A stretch of 64,000 nucleotides of DNA from Methanobacteriota archaeon (GCA_963719035.1 CAVRAO010000002.1:736001-800000); one strand, 5' to 3'; shown: positions 37,298 to 50,706, counted from the first letter of the stretch. The notes: generated by a model not told the origin, from the letters alone. Numbers and translations are program-made.

Positions 37298-38449
37298 ATG
37301 ACAAGAATAGCGATCATTGTGGATTTGTTTCCCCCAAAATGGAGGGCGGGAACCGAATTAGCGACGTACCGTCTAGCGAAACACTTACACGCTAGAGGCA
37401 ACGACGTTCACGTGCTGACCTCAAGAGATCGCGGAATGCCTAAGGAGGAGTCCTGTAACGGCGTTAGCGTGCACAGAATCTACTGGCCAAAAAAAATTCC
37501 GACCCTTCAAAGGACACTTCTATCGCTTGAAATGTATGTTGCACTGAGGAAAGTAAATCCCCAAATTGTTCACGTCCAAAACTTCACTATGGGCATGTGC
37601 GGGCTGCTGGCCAAAAGATTATCGAAAAAGCCTTACATAGTTGCTGGCCGCGGCTTTGACGTCTATGGCCTTGACAGGGTCTATGCGAAGAAACTGGATG
37701 CGTTCTTCGTCAGGAAAGCGTTGGCGCTTATTGTAAAAAATGCAGACGCCGTGACAGCATTAACAGAGGAGATGCGTAGGGAAATACAAAAAGTCTACGC
37801 AAGAGACGCCACTGTAATCCCGAATGGCATCGAGGTAGAGAGATTCAGCCTTTCTCTGTCAAACAAAGACGCGCGAGAGGAGTTGAAATTAGAGAACGAC
37901 GCAAGAATCGTCGTCTCAGTAGCTAGTCTTAGTCCCAAGAAAGGAACTGAATACCTCATACGTGCTCTCAAAACGATAATTGAAGAGGAACCTACAACAA
38001 AATTGTATTTAATTGGCAAGGGCACAGAAGAAGCAAAGCTAAGAACTCTCGTTCAAGCCCTGCATCTTACTGAATACATTCTCTTTGTCGGAAGCATACC
38101 AAATCGGGTGGTTCCCGAGTATTTAGCAGCATCAGATGTTTTTGTTTTGCCGAGCTTAGAAGAGGCGTTTGGAATCGTCCTTTTGGAGGCTATGGCGGCA
38201 GGATTGCCCATAGTTGCGACGAACGTCGGCGGGATTCCGTCCATCGTAGCAGATGGGGTCAATGGGTTTCTCGTTGAACCTCGAAATCCGGCGCAAATTG
38301 CCGAGGCAGTCCTAAAACTTCTAGCAGATAAGGAGCTAACATCGACGCTCACGGCAAATAACAAGGAATTGGTCAAAACATTTAGCTCTGATGAAAACGC
38401 CCGCCAGTATGAAGAGCTATATCAACGTTGCATCGCGTCCGAAAAATAA
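37298..38449 (+). CDS. GT4 glycosyltransferase
   Basis: IPNGI and ASDVFVLPSLEEAFGIVLLEAMAAGLPIVATNVGG. Confidence 0.92.
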   Translation: MTRIAIIVDLFPPKWRAGTELATYRLAKHLHARGNDVHVLTSRDRGMPKEESCNGVSVHRIYWPKKIPTLQRTLLSLEMYVALRKVNPQIVHVQNFTMGMCGLLAKRLSKKPYIVAGRGFDVYGLDRVYAKKLDAFFVRKALALIVKNADAVTALTEEMRREIQKVYARDATVIPNGIEVERFSLSLSNKDAREELKLENDARIVVSVASLSPKKGTEYLIRALKTIIEEEPTTKLYLIGKGTEEAKLRTLVQALHLTEYILFVGSIPNRVVPEYLAASDVFVLPSLEEAFGIVLLEAMAAGLPIVATNVGGIPSIVADGVNGFLVEPRNPAQIAEAVLKLLADKELTSTLTANNKELVKTFSSDENARQYEELYQRCIASEK

Positions 38450-39016
38450 GATCAGATTACCATTGCGCCCAAGTAATCATTTCCGTTCAGATGCTTTTTT
38501 GGAAGCCAGCAACGAGCCCTCCATAAGCTTCATTTTACGCCTTGCCGCTCTGGCAATCGGCTTAACGATGGCCACTTGTTACACATCACATTTAAGCAAT
38601 GCTTGATATCGTTCTTGAATTGAGCTTTCGCATAATGCGTAGACGCAGATGCAACAAGAACAAAAAATACTCGCCTTGGCTTTTTTTTCATTCAAGAACG
38701 ACGTGAGCATGACTATAAAGAAACTAAGATCCCAAGCGGGCAAGCGAAAGGAGAAGGTGATCGGCGATTTCGAACTAGCGACACTGCTGGAGTAGCAGTG
38801 CCGCGCTGTCCAGGTTTTTTACTGCCTAATGCGTAGCGACAACAAAGAGCTATAGTAATGCACTGAACGCGATGAGCACCCCTAGACCAAGTAGCTGGGA
38901 CTATCCGGCTGCTTCTTGAAGAACGAAAAGCGGGTAAATTGTCTAGATCTGACTTAAATGAGGTACAGACCAAGCAGCAGTGGCTAGGAGTTGGAATAAA
39001 CCTTTTCTGAGCCGGC

Positions 39017-40109
39017 TCACAAACTACTCAGATAGACTCCCTCCAAATCAGTGATAACGTGATCCCACGAGTATCGCTGGGCCTTTTTTCTGTTGTTCCC
39101 AGATATTCTAAGAACAAGTTCGCGATCACTCAGAATGGACACAATTCTGGCCGCAATTTGCGCCGGATTTCGAGGTTCAACAACAAAGCCGTTAATTCCA
39201 TTGTCTACGATGGACGGAATCCCGCTGACGTTCGTCGCAACTATGGGCAATCCTGCCGCCATAGCCTCCAAAAGGACATTCGGAAAGCCCTCTGATAAGC
39301 TCGGCAAAACAAAAACATCTGACGCAACCATATAGGTAGGGATATGCTCATTTGCAACCCACCCGCTAAAACTCACGCGGTTCGACAAGCCCAAATCGGA
39401 AGCGACTCGCTCGAGTTTTTCCTTCTCTGGGCCATCGCCCGCGAGTATCAATCTTGCATTTGGTTCTGTTTGGTTAACATAACTTATTGCCTCGATAAGG
39501 TATTCTAGTCCTTTGACCTGATGCAACCTGCCAACGAACAGAATTATCTTTTGATCTTCATCAATTTCGAGCTCGCGCCGCGCGCCGTCGTACGCAATTT
39601 CTTCGAATCTCTCTGTCTTGATTTCGTTCGGAATGACTAATATGTTCCGCGGCCTATCTGGCTGCAATTCTTTTTCCATGTAGTTGGTTTGCGCAATCAC
39701 TGCATCCGCGTCTTTCAGAGTGATTGCTGTCAATAGTTTGAAGTTCAGGAAACCGTGGGTGCGGCTCCACACTACGTAAGGTCTACTTGATCAAATCCTT
39801 CTTCGCAAGAAAGTCACTAAGCCAAACGTTACGTTCCGGACGTGAACGATGTCGGGGCCTGATTTCCTTAAGCTTGCGCATCAGTCCGACGTAAAAAACT
39901 AAAGAGCTTATGAATTGAAAGATCGGGCGCAGAAATCCGGTGAATATAGATGCCGCGCTCGACGGAATCTCCCGGAGCGCTTCTTCGTCGAGCGTGGTGA
40001 TAATATGGACGATATGGCCGCGTGCGACCAAATGTTCAGCGATATTGAAGGTTGCGAATTCAGTTGCGGCTATTTTATTTGGCAAAAAATATCGAATCAA
40101 AACGGCCAT
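39017..40109 (-). CDS. GT4 glycosyltransferase, paralog of 37298..38449 (frameshifted)
   Basis: FVGRLHQVKG and ASDVFVLPSLSEGFPNVLLEAMAAGLPIVATNV. Confidence 0.85.
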
Positions 40110-40699
40110 TTATATCGTGAGGACCGTAAACAATTTTGTAATTTTTCCAATTTGTCTTTTTTTGCAATAAGAAATATTTATTTGTAAGGTTGGTATCCCA
40201 GTGATCTGGAATGTCAGAAAGTTTGTTGCTGACTCCGGCTTCAACGCCAATGTGAATGAGGTTGGTTTGAGGCGACGATCGTGGTTGTATCACTTGGATA
40301 CTGTCGGAATTGCTTAGTAGCCACACTGGGGATATTGAGAAAGGGGGCCCGGAGGGAAGAGTGGATTTCTTCAGTTGTTGAAAATATCTTCAACATAAAC
40401 AAGATAATGCAATCATGGCCGCAGAAAATGAAAGGCGTAGGAGAACGTCCTGGCGGGGTTGCTGAGAACGAGGAGTCGCCGCAACCAAGACGTGTGATAG
40501 CACCATTCCGGCCATCTTCGTTGTGTTTTTTCATCTTTAGGGTTGCTTCACTGTTTGTGCCGTCCGGTCTTGTCTGACGACCTGCTGATATATTATTCGT
40601 AACGTGGATGTCCAGGTGTGAGTTAGGTAATCGCTGAGCCCGATTAAACACTTCTTGGGTAACTGACAAACAACAAATAACTTGAGCCTTCAAAAGATG

Positions 40700-42073
40700 C
40701 AGCGCGTATTGCTGATATGTGAACGGAACAGATGATGATCAAGACACTCTCAGATGCTTATGGAAGAATGCGCGGAACCTCCTACGTAAAGGAGCATTCT
40801 ATTATTGACGAAATCCAAACAAAGGAGGGCTGGGCAGTCTTTCGTGAGAGCGGCTGAAGAGACTCTCCATCACTGCTACGAACACGTGCCGCATTAATGT
40901 ATCTCGATCAGAACGCACAGGCGTCGTGGACGAGGCCCACCAAATCTATCGAAACGCGGCGAAGTTCCTGTTTTAAAAGATAGCGTTGCAGGGGGGAGTA
41001 CTGGAATAGTTTACTCTCAAACAATTACATGAGGCGAAAGTGGTTTTGCTACGCGACAGGCGGTTCGACTGGAATAACCGCTTCTATTTGTTCTAGATGC
41101 TGGCTATAGCAAACGGCAACGCGCGTGAAGCATTATTATTATAATGACATTCTGCACGTTGACGACGCAAACGTCAAGACGGTAATACTTTGGGGTTCGC
41201 AAGATTTATCCGCATGGGGCCCCGCAAAGGCAAGAGCGAAGTTTTACAACCGATTTTCAAAGACCTGACCTTCAAAAGCTTTGTTATGACGGAAGACAAC
41301 TTGGAGCACTATGTTGACGTGATAAATGCACATAAGCCTGCGATACTTCGAGGATATGCCGATTCCTTATACGAATTGAGCCGATATATCGAACAAAAAG
41401 AAAGAAATCATTTGCCCCTACCGTCATTGTCAGTACAGCTGAAACGCTGCGACCGGAGATGAGGGAAAAAATCGAGTACGTTTCTGGAACAAAGGTCAGA
41501 ATTTCTACGGCTCAGGGAAGTAAGCAGCATCGCGGGTGAATGCGAACGCGGGCGCATGCACCCTTTTACTTTCTGGAATGATACTGAGAGACCGGACGCA
41601 AGTGACGAGCAAGTCGGAATACATGAGCAGGGGCAAGCTCGCGATAACCAATTATTCAACTACTCTATGCCTTGGGTGAAGGTACGAAATCGGCGACCTC
41701 GCCGCGCCAGGAACTAAGAAATGCCCCTGTGGAAACTTTTTGCCCATTTTCGAAGAGGTGAGCGGTAGGCTTATCGAAGATTTCCTTAAAGAAGATGGAA
41801 CAACTGTCCCGGGCAGTTTTTGATCACCTAATTGGCGCGGCGAGTAATAAAGACGAAAATCAAAAAGTTCCAAGTGATCCAAGAAGATTACAGAATGATA
41901 AGGATCTTGGTCGTGCCGCAAAAATATTTAACTGGGAGCTTCAGAAGAGCCGTCGAAAGGGAAATGATAAAATCATGGGGGATTGTGATATTAGTTCGGA
42001 CATAACCGGCGAGATCCCAAAATCAAAAAGCGGGGAGTTTTCATATACGAAGTCGCTGTCGTTGCAGACCTGA
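40700..42073 (+). pseudogene. Second CapK/phenylacetate-CoA ligase-like gene, heavily disrupted
   Basis: Fragments TGGSTG, INAHKPAILRGYADSLYEL, FYGSGxVSSIAGEC, YEIGDL, CPCG, IPKSKSG. Boundaries approximate. Confidence 0.6.
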
Positions 42074-42097
42074 AAGCGACGTAACGGGGAGATCCGC

Positions 42098-42820
42098 ATG
42101 GCTCATCTGGAAGAACTACAGCGAACCTGGGATGAATTTGGTGAAACGGATCGGTTCTGGTTGATATTAACCCACCCGGATAAGAAAGGCAACAAATAGG
42201 ACCTCGATTACTTCAATTTCAGACCGGAAGAAATAGATCAACGCACTTCTTGCACATTTGGATACTTTGCGCTTGCCACTTCGCAAAGAAAAAGCGCTCG
42301 ACTTCGGGTGTGGCGTTGGGCGGTTGACGAGGGACTGGCATGCCACTTTCACGTGGTGGAGGGCGTCGATTTGACTGTCAATGATCGAATTGGAAACAAG
42401 CTGAATCTATGGATATTGATGTAGTTTCACCTCAATGTGAAAGTAGACCTTTATTGTTTGATTATTATACGTTTGATTTTATTTACACGAATATCGTGCT
42501 GCAGCACATGGCGCCCGCCTACAAAAAAAATACCTAGGCGAATTCCTGTGGGTATCGGGGCCGATGGAGTGCTCGTTTTCAAGATAACAAGCACAGCAAG
42601 TACTCTTCGGTTAGGCTCTATTCCACGTGTACTATCCAATTGTAAAAGATGTACACTAAAAGCTGTACGTAAAATGAAAGGCCCGATCATCTGGAAAGGC
42701 ATTTCATAAAAACCGGCCAAGTGATGCAATTGCTCAAGGATAACGGAGCAAAAGCGATCGACATCACCAAGCCGCCGGACAAAAAAGCTGGTATAACTGC
42801 CGATACCGCGCGGTCAAGGT
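42098..42820 (+). pseudogene. Class I SAM-dependent methyltransferase, disrupted
   Basis: MAHLEELQRTWDEFGETDRFWLILTHPDKKGNK followed by ALDFGCGVGRLT (motif I); contains stops and indels. Confidence 0.6.
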
Positions 42821-42896
42821 GAGACCTGCAGATTCAGACGTAACACCAGTGAAAATGCAAAAAGCTCGTGTCGAAATCATTAGTATCAGAAGCGTC

Positions 42897-44056
42897 TTAT
42901 ATGGAACCTCCGCCGCTGTTTAAGACCAATATGGCCGCATGGGTGTTTGGGTCCGCACAACCTGTAGTTGCTAACGAGTTGCATCGCACTGTTTTCTGAT
43001 GATTGTCATTAACCTTAAAGTGGTCTTGTCCCACGAGAATTGTTTGCTTCATCTTAGCGCCCTCTGACAGCCGTATTCGTGCGCTGTGATCGTGAAGGAG
43101 GCCCAAAGCGGCACGGCCCATTGCATCTGGCGCTTGCATTTGTCAGCAAGCCCGTCTGCCCGTGTTTGATTGAGTTTTTATGAACGCAATATTGTATCTG
43201 ATTGTCGGTGTGCCACTTGCATTCGCCTCAGTGATTGTGAGGCCCCACCCTCACGAATTCCCGGCGAAGCAATATGTGTGCGTCTTTGCATGGAGATTAG
43301 CCTTGAGAGTTTCGTCAACGAAGCCGAAGAACTCTACCGATAATCCATTTGCTAGCCCCTTGAGGTTGTCAATTCTGAACCGCGCCGACGACCCATAATT
43401 GCGCATCAGGCAGATCCGCTTGGATGAGTCGAAACGCTCTTATAGCGTGATCGACACGGGTCGCTTTCTTTAATAAGCCAACGAAAAGTAGCGTGGGTCG
43501 TTTCTCCTTTGCCGGTATACGCTCTAAAGCATTATTGTCGATACCGATAGGCACCTCGTGTATCGTTTTTATGCCAAGCGCCGATAGATCTCGTTTGGTC
43601 GACGCGCTGATAGTTACGGTCGGCGTGTCATGATACCGCGAGTACCATCGCGGTTCCACTAAGTGATATATGACGTGACCTACACCGGGCGGGAGCACCG
43701 TTATGTGTTTCTCGCCTATAACTTCAAACACAAGGAAAATCACCGGTTCATGCACGTACGTCGGCGCCAGGAACGGTATGAGGGTATATTCATCGATAAC
43801 AACGTCACATTCGCCCCGAAAATGCTCTTTATAATAGCGTCGCGCGCGCGACCGCACCGTAACATAGTTGCCGATGCGGATCGTGTTGATGCCATCGACG
43901 ATCTCAGTGCGCGCGCTGCCTGCAAAATGTGAGGCGATGAGACTTACTGTGTGACCTTCACTGACCCATCGCTTAGCTACCTCGTGAGTGAAACGTTGAG
44001 CTCCCCCAGCGCTCGGGTGCTTGTGATCTCTCAGATTCAATATGAGGATATTCACC
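42897..44056 (-). CDS. GT4 glycosyltransferase (frameshifted)
   Basis: NILILNLRDHKHPSAGGA, TISASTKRDL, LLFVGLLKK. Confidence 0.75.
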
Positions 44057-44742
44057 GCAGTGCCCCCCAGACACTCACATGCTCGAGCCCAATCGCCCTT
44101 TGGGTTATTCGTATGTTTCAGTACGTCGCGGTGATCAAATACCTTTCCATATAGCACGCCCTCAAATTGTAGCTCTTTAACAAAATTGTTACTTTTTTAC
44201 AATTTGATTGCGATTAAAAAGCTAAATATTACTCCTTTATCAAAGCTCCACGATGCAGAATGCTGCGCGTTGCCGCCGAACGCGACTACTTGAAAGATTT
44301 TTCTGGGTTACGGCTAACACATAGCCTCTGAGACATCATACCATAGGAACCAATACTGTCATGCAACCGCACACGTGCCTGGCTTACAACCACAAAACTT
44401 GTGTCAAACCAGCTCGTAGGACAAGGAATAGCAAATACGTGAACGGCCGGCCCCGCTTTGGATCTCTTTTTTGAGAGAAGCGATGGTGCTTGAACTCACA
44501 ACGGCGGAACGCAGATCGGGCCCTTCACGGTGCCTCAACGACGATGATAGCTCCCCTACTACCTTCATACGTTTTGCGGACGCCGCAACTAGCGGCGGGT
44601 TAGCCCTCCCGCAATCCACGAACCCCCGCCCAGGTGTGCAACTGCAACCCTCGAGACCCCTTGGAAAGCGTCGAAAAACAAGTTTTATTGCCCATGTGCA
44701 AGGGACGAGTATGGAGCCAAACTGTGTATTGGACACGAAAAA

Positions 44743-45447
44743 ATGGTTAACAAAATGCTGTTTTCAGCTCTATTAACAACCGCAGTGATTCTTTCAATGC
44801 TAGGCGCACCTAACGTCGCATTCGCACAAGCGTCGGTGAGACCTGCAACACCGACTGCGCAAGTGCCGATGCAATCTGCACCTGCTACCCAAACAAGTCT
44901 CACCATCGCTCGACTTACGGCCACCAACCCCACCCTCTCGATGTTCGCGGGCTTACTCACGAAGGCAAATCTCACGAACACTTTAAACCGCTCCGGCAAC
45001 TTTACCGTTTTCGCGCCGACGAACGCTGCTTTTGCGAAGATGCACCCCACCACCCTTGCTGCCCTGGAGAACAACTCAACTGCACTGAAGCAGGTTTTCA
45101 GATACCACATCGTGAAGTCGCGGGTATACGCCATCAACTTCACCGGAAAAGGTAACCTCAACACGCTTGCGGGAGTTAAACTAAATTACTCGGTCAATGC
45201 AGTGACCGGAATACACGTAGACAATGCGACCGTAACCCAAACGAATATGAACGCAACAAATGGCGTCATTCACCTCATTGATAGCGTGATGATACCACCT
45301 GCTAAAGCGACAACTACGACGACGACAAAAACGACAGCGACCGCATCGTCGCAGGGAGGGTTCCTTGGTCTGCCGGGTTTCGAGGCGGTGTATGCCGTAG
45401 CAGGGCTTGTCGCTGTTGCGTACTTGGCGCTGCGGCGCAGGAAGTAA
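44743..45447 (+). CDS. Fasciclin (FAS1) domain surface protein with PGF-CTERM sorting signal
   Basis: Signal peptide, FTVFAPTNAAF, ATNGVIHLIDSV, Thr-rich linker, LPGFEAVYAVAGLVAVAYLALRRRK. Confidence 0.92.
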   Translation: MVNKMLFSALLTTAVILSMLGAPNVAFAQASVRPATPTAQVPMQSAPATQTSLTIARLTATNPTLSMFAGLLTKANLTNTLNRSGNFTVFAPTNAAFAKMHPTTLAALENNSTALKQVFRYHIVKSRVYAINFTGKGNLNTLAGVKLNYSVNAVTGIHVDNATVTQTNMNATNGVIHLIDSVMIPPAKATTTTTTKTTATASSQGGFLGLPGFEAVYAVAGLVAVAYLALRRRK

Positions 45448-45718
45448 CCCCACCGAATCCTGCGCTTGATGGAATGTAAAGTATCACGGCCTAAGCCACG
45501 TGTCACGTCTTAGTAGGTCCCTTATTGGCTCGCAAACTGATCAAAATAGCAGCGAAGACCGTATTCGCAGCAGAAGGCACTTCCACCGTCCTCTAAACGC
45601 CTTAATCGCCGACCAGAGACGCGGGTCAAAAAAGCTAGCCGCGCTCCCGATTTCCCGTTTATGCAGGTAGTAGAGCCTCTCGATAATGAGCCCAATAATG
45701 ACGGTGCCCACTCCTCGT

Positions 45719-46207
45719 TTAATCAGCGTGGCGTGCCCGTTTTCGTCCGTTGCCACTATCAGCGGACTCAAGCAACAGCGTGGTATCGCCCCCGGGCCAC
45801 AGTTCGGGGAAGGAGGGCGCCGTTCTCGAGGCCTTCGCGTCGCGGAGCTGTTGCTCGCTGCGGATGTGGGGCTCAGCGAACTCCCTGGCAAGCTCAGCGC
45901 GCGTCTTCAGTTCCAGCTCCACGAGCTTCGCCGTCGGGACATCAGAAAAGTCACGTTTGTCCAGCTCACCCGTGATGTGCTCGAGCCTCGCGCTCAGGCG
46001 CTCGATGCGTGCTTGCGTCGTCATCCAGCAGGCCTCGCGCAACGCGTCGAGTTCCATCGCCTTCATGTCTTCGACTTCCTCTATGTGCTCACTAAGCCAA
46101 TTCGCCACCGTCTGTCTCCGAACGCCGACGGTGTCCGCGATCGTCGCAAGTGATTTTCCCTGCGCCCGCAGTTTGAAGCACGTGAGCTTTGTCTCTGTGT
46201 CCTTCAT
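45719..46207 (-). CDS. Small protein with N-terminal HTH
   Basis: LRAQGKSLATIADTVGVRRQTVANWL. Start overlaps the upstream ORF stop (ATGA). Confidence 0.65.
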   Translation of the reverse strand: MKDTETKLTCFKLRAQGKSLATIADTVGVRRQTVANWLSEHIEEVEDMKAMELDALREACWMTTQARIERLSARLEHITGELDKRDFSDVPTAKLVELELKTRAELAREFAEPHIRSEQQLRDAKASRTAPSFPELWPGGDTTLLLESADSGNGRKRARHAD

Positions 46208-46365
46208 CGTTCACTCCGCTCGCTGTCTGCACGGGAGTGGATCGCGTCCTTGAGCCACGACGCTGGGGTAGAATAATATCCCGTGGCGGGTCTGGTAATA
46301 CGGGATGCGGCATCGTCGTTATCGATGAATGCTCGTCTAAGAGCGTCCGGCCGGGTGTTGATCAT
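46204..46365 (-). CDS. Small hypothetical protein (53 aa)
   Basis: AAGGAGGT ribosome-binding site upstream; stop overlaps the next ATG. Confidence 0.4.
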   Translation of the reverse strand: MINTRPDALRRAFIDNDDAASRITRPATGYYSTPASWLKDAIHSRADSERSER

Positions 46366-46944
46366 GTACCGTCTTTACCTCCTTCGAGCAGTGGACAAGC
46401 ACTCGGTCATGCCGTGCACGTTCGGCCCGCTTCATAAGATTGAGATCTCTGTGGTCGTGGCCCACGTGCTCATCTAGCGATCGACGTTTTTTACGTCGCT
46501 CTCATTCACCGCCTGCTGCCGGAGGCGTATGGTGCCAAACACGTCGCCACGATACGCCGGTCGAGTTTCTCAGAGCACTGCTCCATTTTTTTTTCATGTC
46601 GTATTTATCAGGGAAAGATACCAAGCTTTCTCGTGCAGAGCGAAAGTAATCGTGCATTCCGCCCTACCTCGTTATACACATCCGTGCACGGCGTCAACGC
46701 CCGGGCGCGCCGATAGCTGTGCGCTGAGACTATTACATACACGTCCCCCGTTGTTGAGAGCCCCAACAAACGACTAATAATAATTATTATCTAATTAAAT
46801 TTATAAAAATATATAAATAATAGATACGATGCTTCCCATGGACGCGAACGCAAAAAACGCGAAAAAGCCGCGTTCCGGGCTTCGTGCGCTGCTCGTCCCC
46901 ACTTCACGATCGCACGTCCCATCCGAGGCACGCATGTGGTCAAC

Positions 46945-46988
46945 TTTTGGTGCGCTTTTGGTGCGGTTTTGGTGCGCTTTTGGTGCGG
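46945..46988. repeat. Four tandem 11-bp units TTTTGGTGCG(C/G)
   Basis: Read directly: TTTTGGTGCGC TTTTGGTGCGG TTTTGGTGCGC TTTTGGTGCGG. Confidence 0.9.
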
Positions 46989-47730
46989 TTTTTTTTTACT
47001 CGTCAGGTATCACGCCGGTTGACGGGTCTCCCACGACGCATAGCCAGATAAACCCTTATCCCAAGCTAACGCGTCGTGGTATGTTTGGCATCAGGACCCA
47101 ATGAGCTAGATATCCGCTTCGGCTCGTTCACGTTTCGCAACGTTTTATGACGGCGACGCTCACTATTCGTCGCCCGAGTCCATTGCGAGAGCGCCAGGCC
47201 ACAGCGGGAGGTGTGAGAGATGAGAGCGCTTACCACGGCAATCGCGATCATACTGCTGCGTATATGGCGATATTCAGCGCGTACTACCAAGTCCTTCACG
47301 TGCTCAGTTACCTTCAGAGCCGCGGCAACAAGCTCGCGGGACCGCGGTTAGAACGCGTAGTCGCTTGTGCCATCGGTCAGCGACCCGACAGAAGGGAATA
47401 ACAGCGAGTTTGTGTTTGATATATCTAATTGATTTTATAAAATATTTGACATAATAAAAGCTAGCTGGCAGACAGTCGCTCGATCAAGTGCATCTCGAGT
47501 ATGAAATTCAAAAAAACGAAGCGGTTGATCGGTAACGCCCGTCAGAACCGCGAATGCACAGATTTGTCAGTGGCGCGCGCACTAATCGCGCAAATAAGCA
47601 AAATGCAACTCTATACTACTGGCAGAGCTCCGTGCAATCTACACAACTCTCAGCACGCGTACAAAAATCACCTTTAAACTGTACGCGTGCTCCAGCATAA
47701 GCGCTAGCTGTTATCGTCTTAAAGCCTGCG

Positions 47731-48015
47731 TTACGACACCCAGATCCAGCCCTGATTATAGGGATCCCAGGCGCAGTGGCCGCACGAGGTCACAACACTG
47801 GACGCCACTGCACAACAGGCTGTTGTGGGGCATGCGGTCGGACACGTCACGGGGCACGGACAGCAGCAGCACGATGAGGTGGTGCAGCTCGTGCACTGAG
47901 CGCTCGTGGTCGATGGACAGGTCGTCGTCGCAGCACATTGAGCTGACACGTTCATCGCCGTGAACAGCGAAAGGGCTACGAATAGCGCCAATACCGAAAC
48001 GACTACTTTTTTCAT
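47731..48015 (-). CDS. Small secreted Cys/Thr-rich protein
   Basis: Signal peptide MKKVVVSVLALFVALSLFTAMNVSA; 15 Cys in the ~69-aa mature part; GGAG upstream. Confidence 0.65.
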   Translation of the reverse strand: MKKVVVSVLALFVALSLFTAMNVSAQCAATTTCPSTTSAQCTSCTTSSCCCCPCPVTCPTACPTTACCAVASSVVTSCGHCAWDPYNQGWIWVS

Positions 48016-48270
48016 ATTCTTTTCTCCTATTTCATGCGCTTGATGTGTTTCCGTTGGCATCAAGCCCATCCAATCATTCGAGCAATGTATTTGTGCGGTC
48101 GGCGCTCATTCACGCGACGATTACTAGAGAGAGTGCAAACTCCGTTAACTTAGATTACCTATTAGTCTGAGCGTCGATATATATACTTTGCTAACTTCTA
48201 CGCGAAGACGCAAGATTTCATCGGGTGACAAGCCTTGCAACGAAAGCGCCACCTCACCGAAGAACTAGCT

Positions 48271-48423
48271 GCGCTGCGTTCCCTCTGGTTCGCTTGCCTC
48301 TTCGCTCGCATCGATGTCCCCCGCTGCGTTGGTCCAGTCTACATTTAAGTCTTCACAGGTGTACCAGATCAGGTGGTGGCCCAGGGGCCTTGTAACACCC
48401 CATCCTGAGCGGCGTTCGGAGGC
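48271..48423 (-). pseudogene. Diverged internal fragment of the 12159..13103 gene
   Basis: Aligns by eye to 12471..12625 (shared TTCGCTCGCATCGA, CCGCTGCGTTGGTCCAGTCT, TTTAAGTCTTCAC, TCCTGAGCGGCGTTCGGA). Confidence 0.75.
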
Positions 48424-48523
48424 AATGAATTCATGCCTGCCGTTAAAACATCAGAGCGCTAACGCGTTTAAGCGCAGTGGCATTTTTACGCGTGCGATTG
48501 CTTAGCTCGTAGCGCTCCGACTC

Positions 48524-48778
48524 TTACGTCTTTTGCGCTTCAATTTGGCCGTGCTCGGTCGAACATTTTTTCATCGCGCGCATAAACCCAACGCCCCAGT
48601 GAAACACACAGAGCTCTTCACCATTTGCCGACTTTGATTTCTTGAAATCGGTCAGATTCTGATCTTCAAAGTAACGCTCGCACTCTACGTGATGGAGGCA
48701 GCTCTTTTCAATGCATTTGCGCGTCATAATCTCAACTAACTGTGGTTCCATCTGCCTAAATATTTTCGTCTCAGGCAC
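48524..48778 (-). CDS. Small hypothetical Cys-containing protein
   Basis: 84-aa ORF with a CIEKSCLHHVEC...LCVFH pattern. Confidence 0.4.
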   Translation of the reverse strand: MPETKIFRQMEPQLVEIMTRKCIEKSCLHHVECERYFEDQNLTDFKKSKSANGEELCVFHWGVGFMRAMKKCSTEHGQIEAQKT

Positions 48779-49011
48779 CCTACAACAAGCGTAAACAAAC
48801 GGCGCTGGCCCAGAGTGCTACTTAAATAGGTTAAACGACACGCTGGTGCAGGTTGACTCAGCATATTCAGAGCCACATTTTCGCAGGAGCACGCGTGAGC
48901 ACAAACAGAAGACAAAGCATATTATCTGGCGACTTTCATGCAACGACGCGACACTATTCCTGCTTACTGTTCAATTGAAGATGATTTGTTGTAATTTCGC
49001 AAGGAGCTAAG

Positions 49012-50706
<1,695 letters not shown>

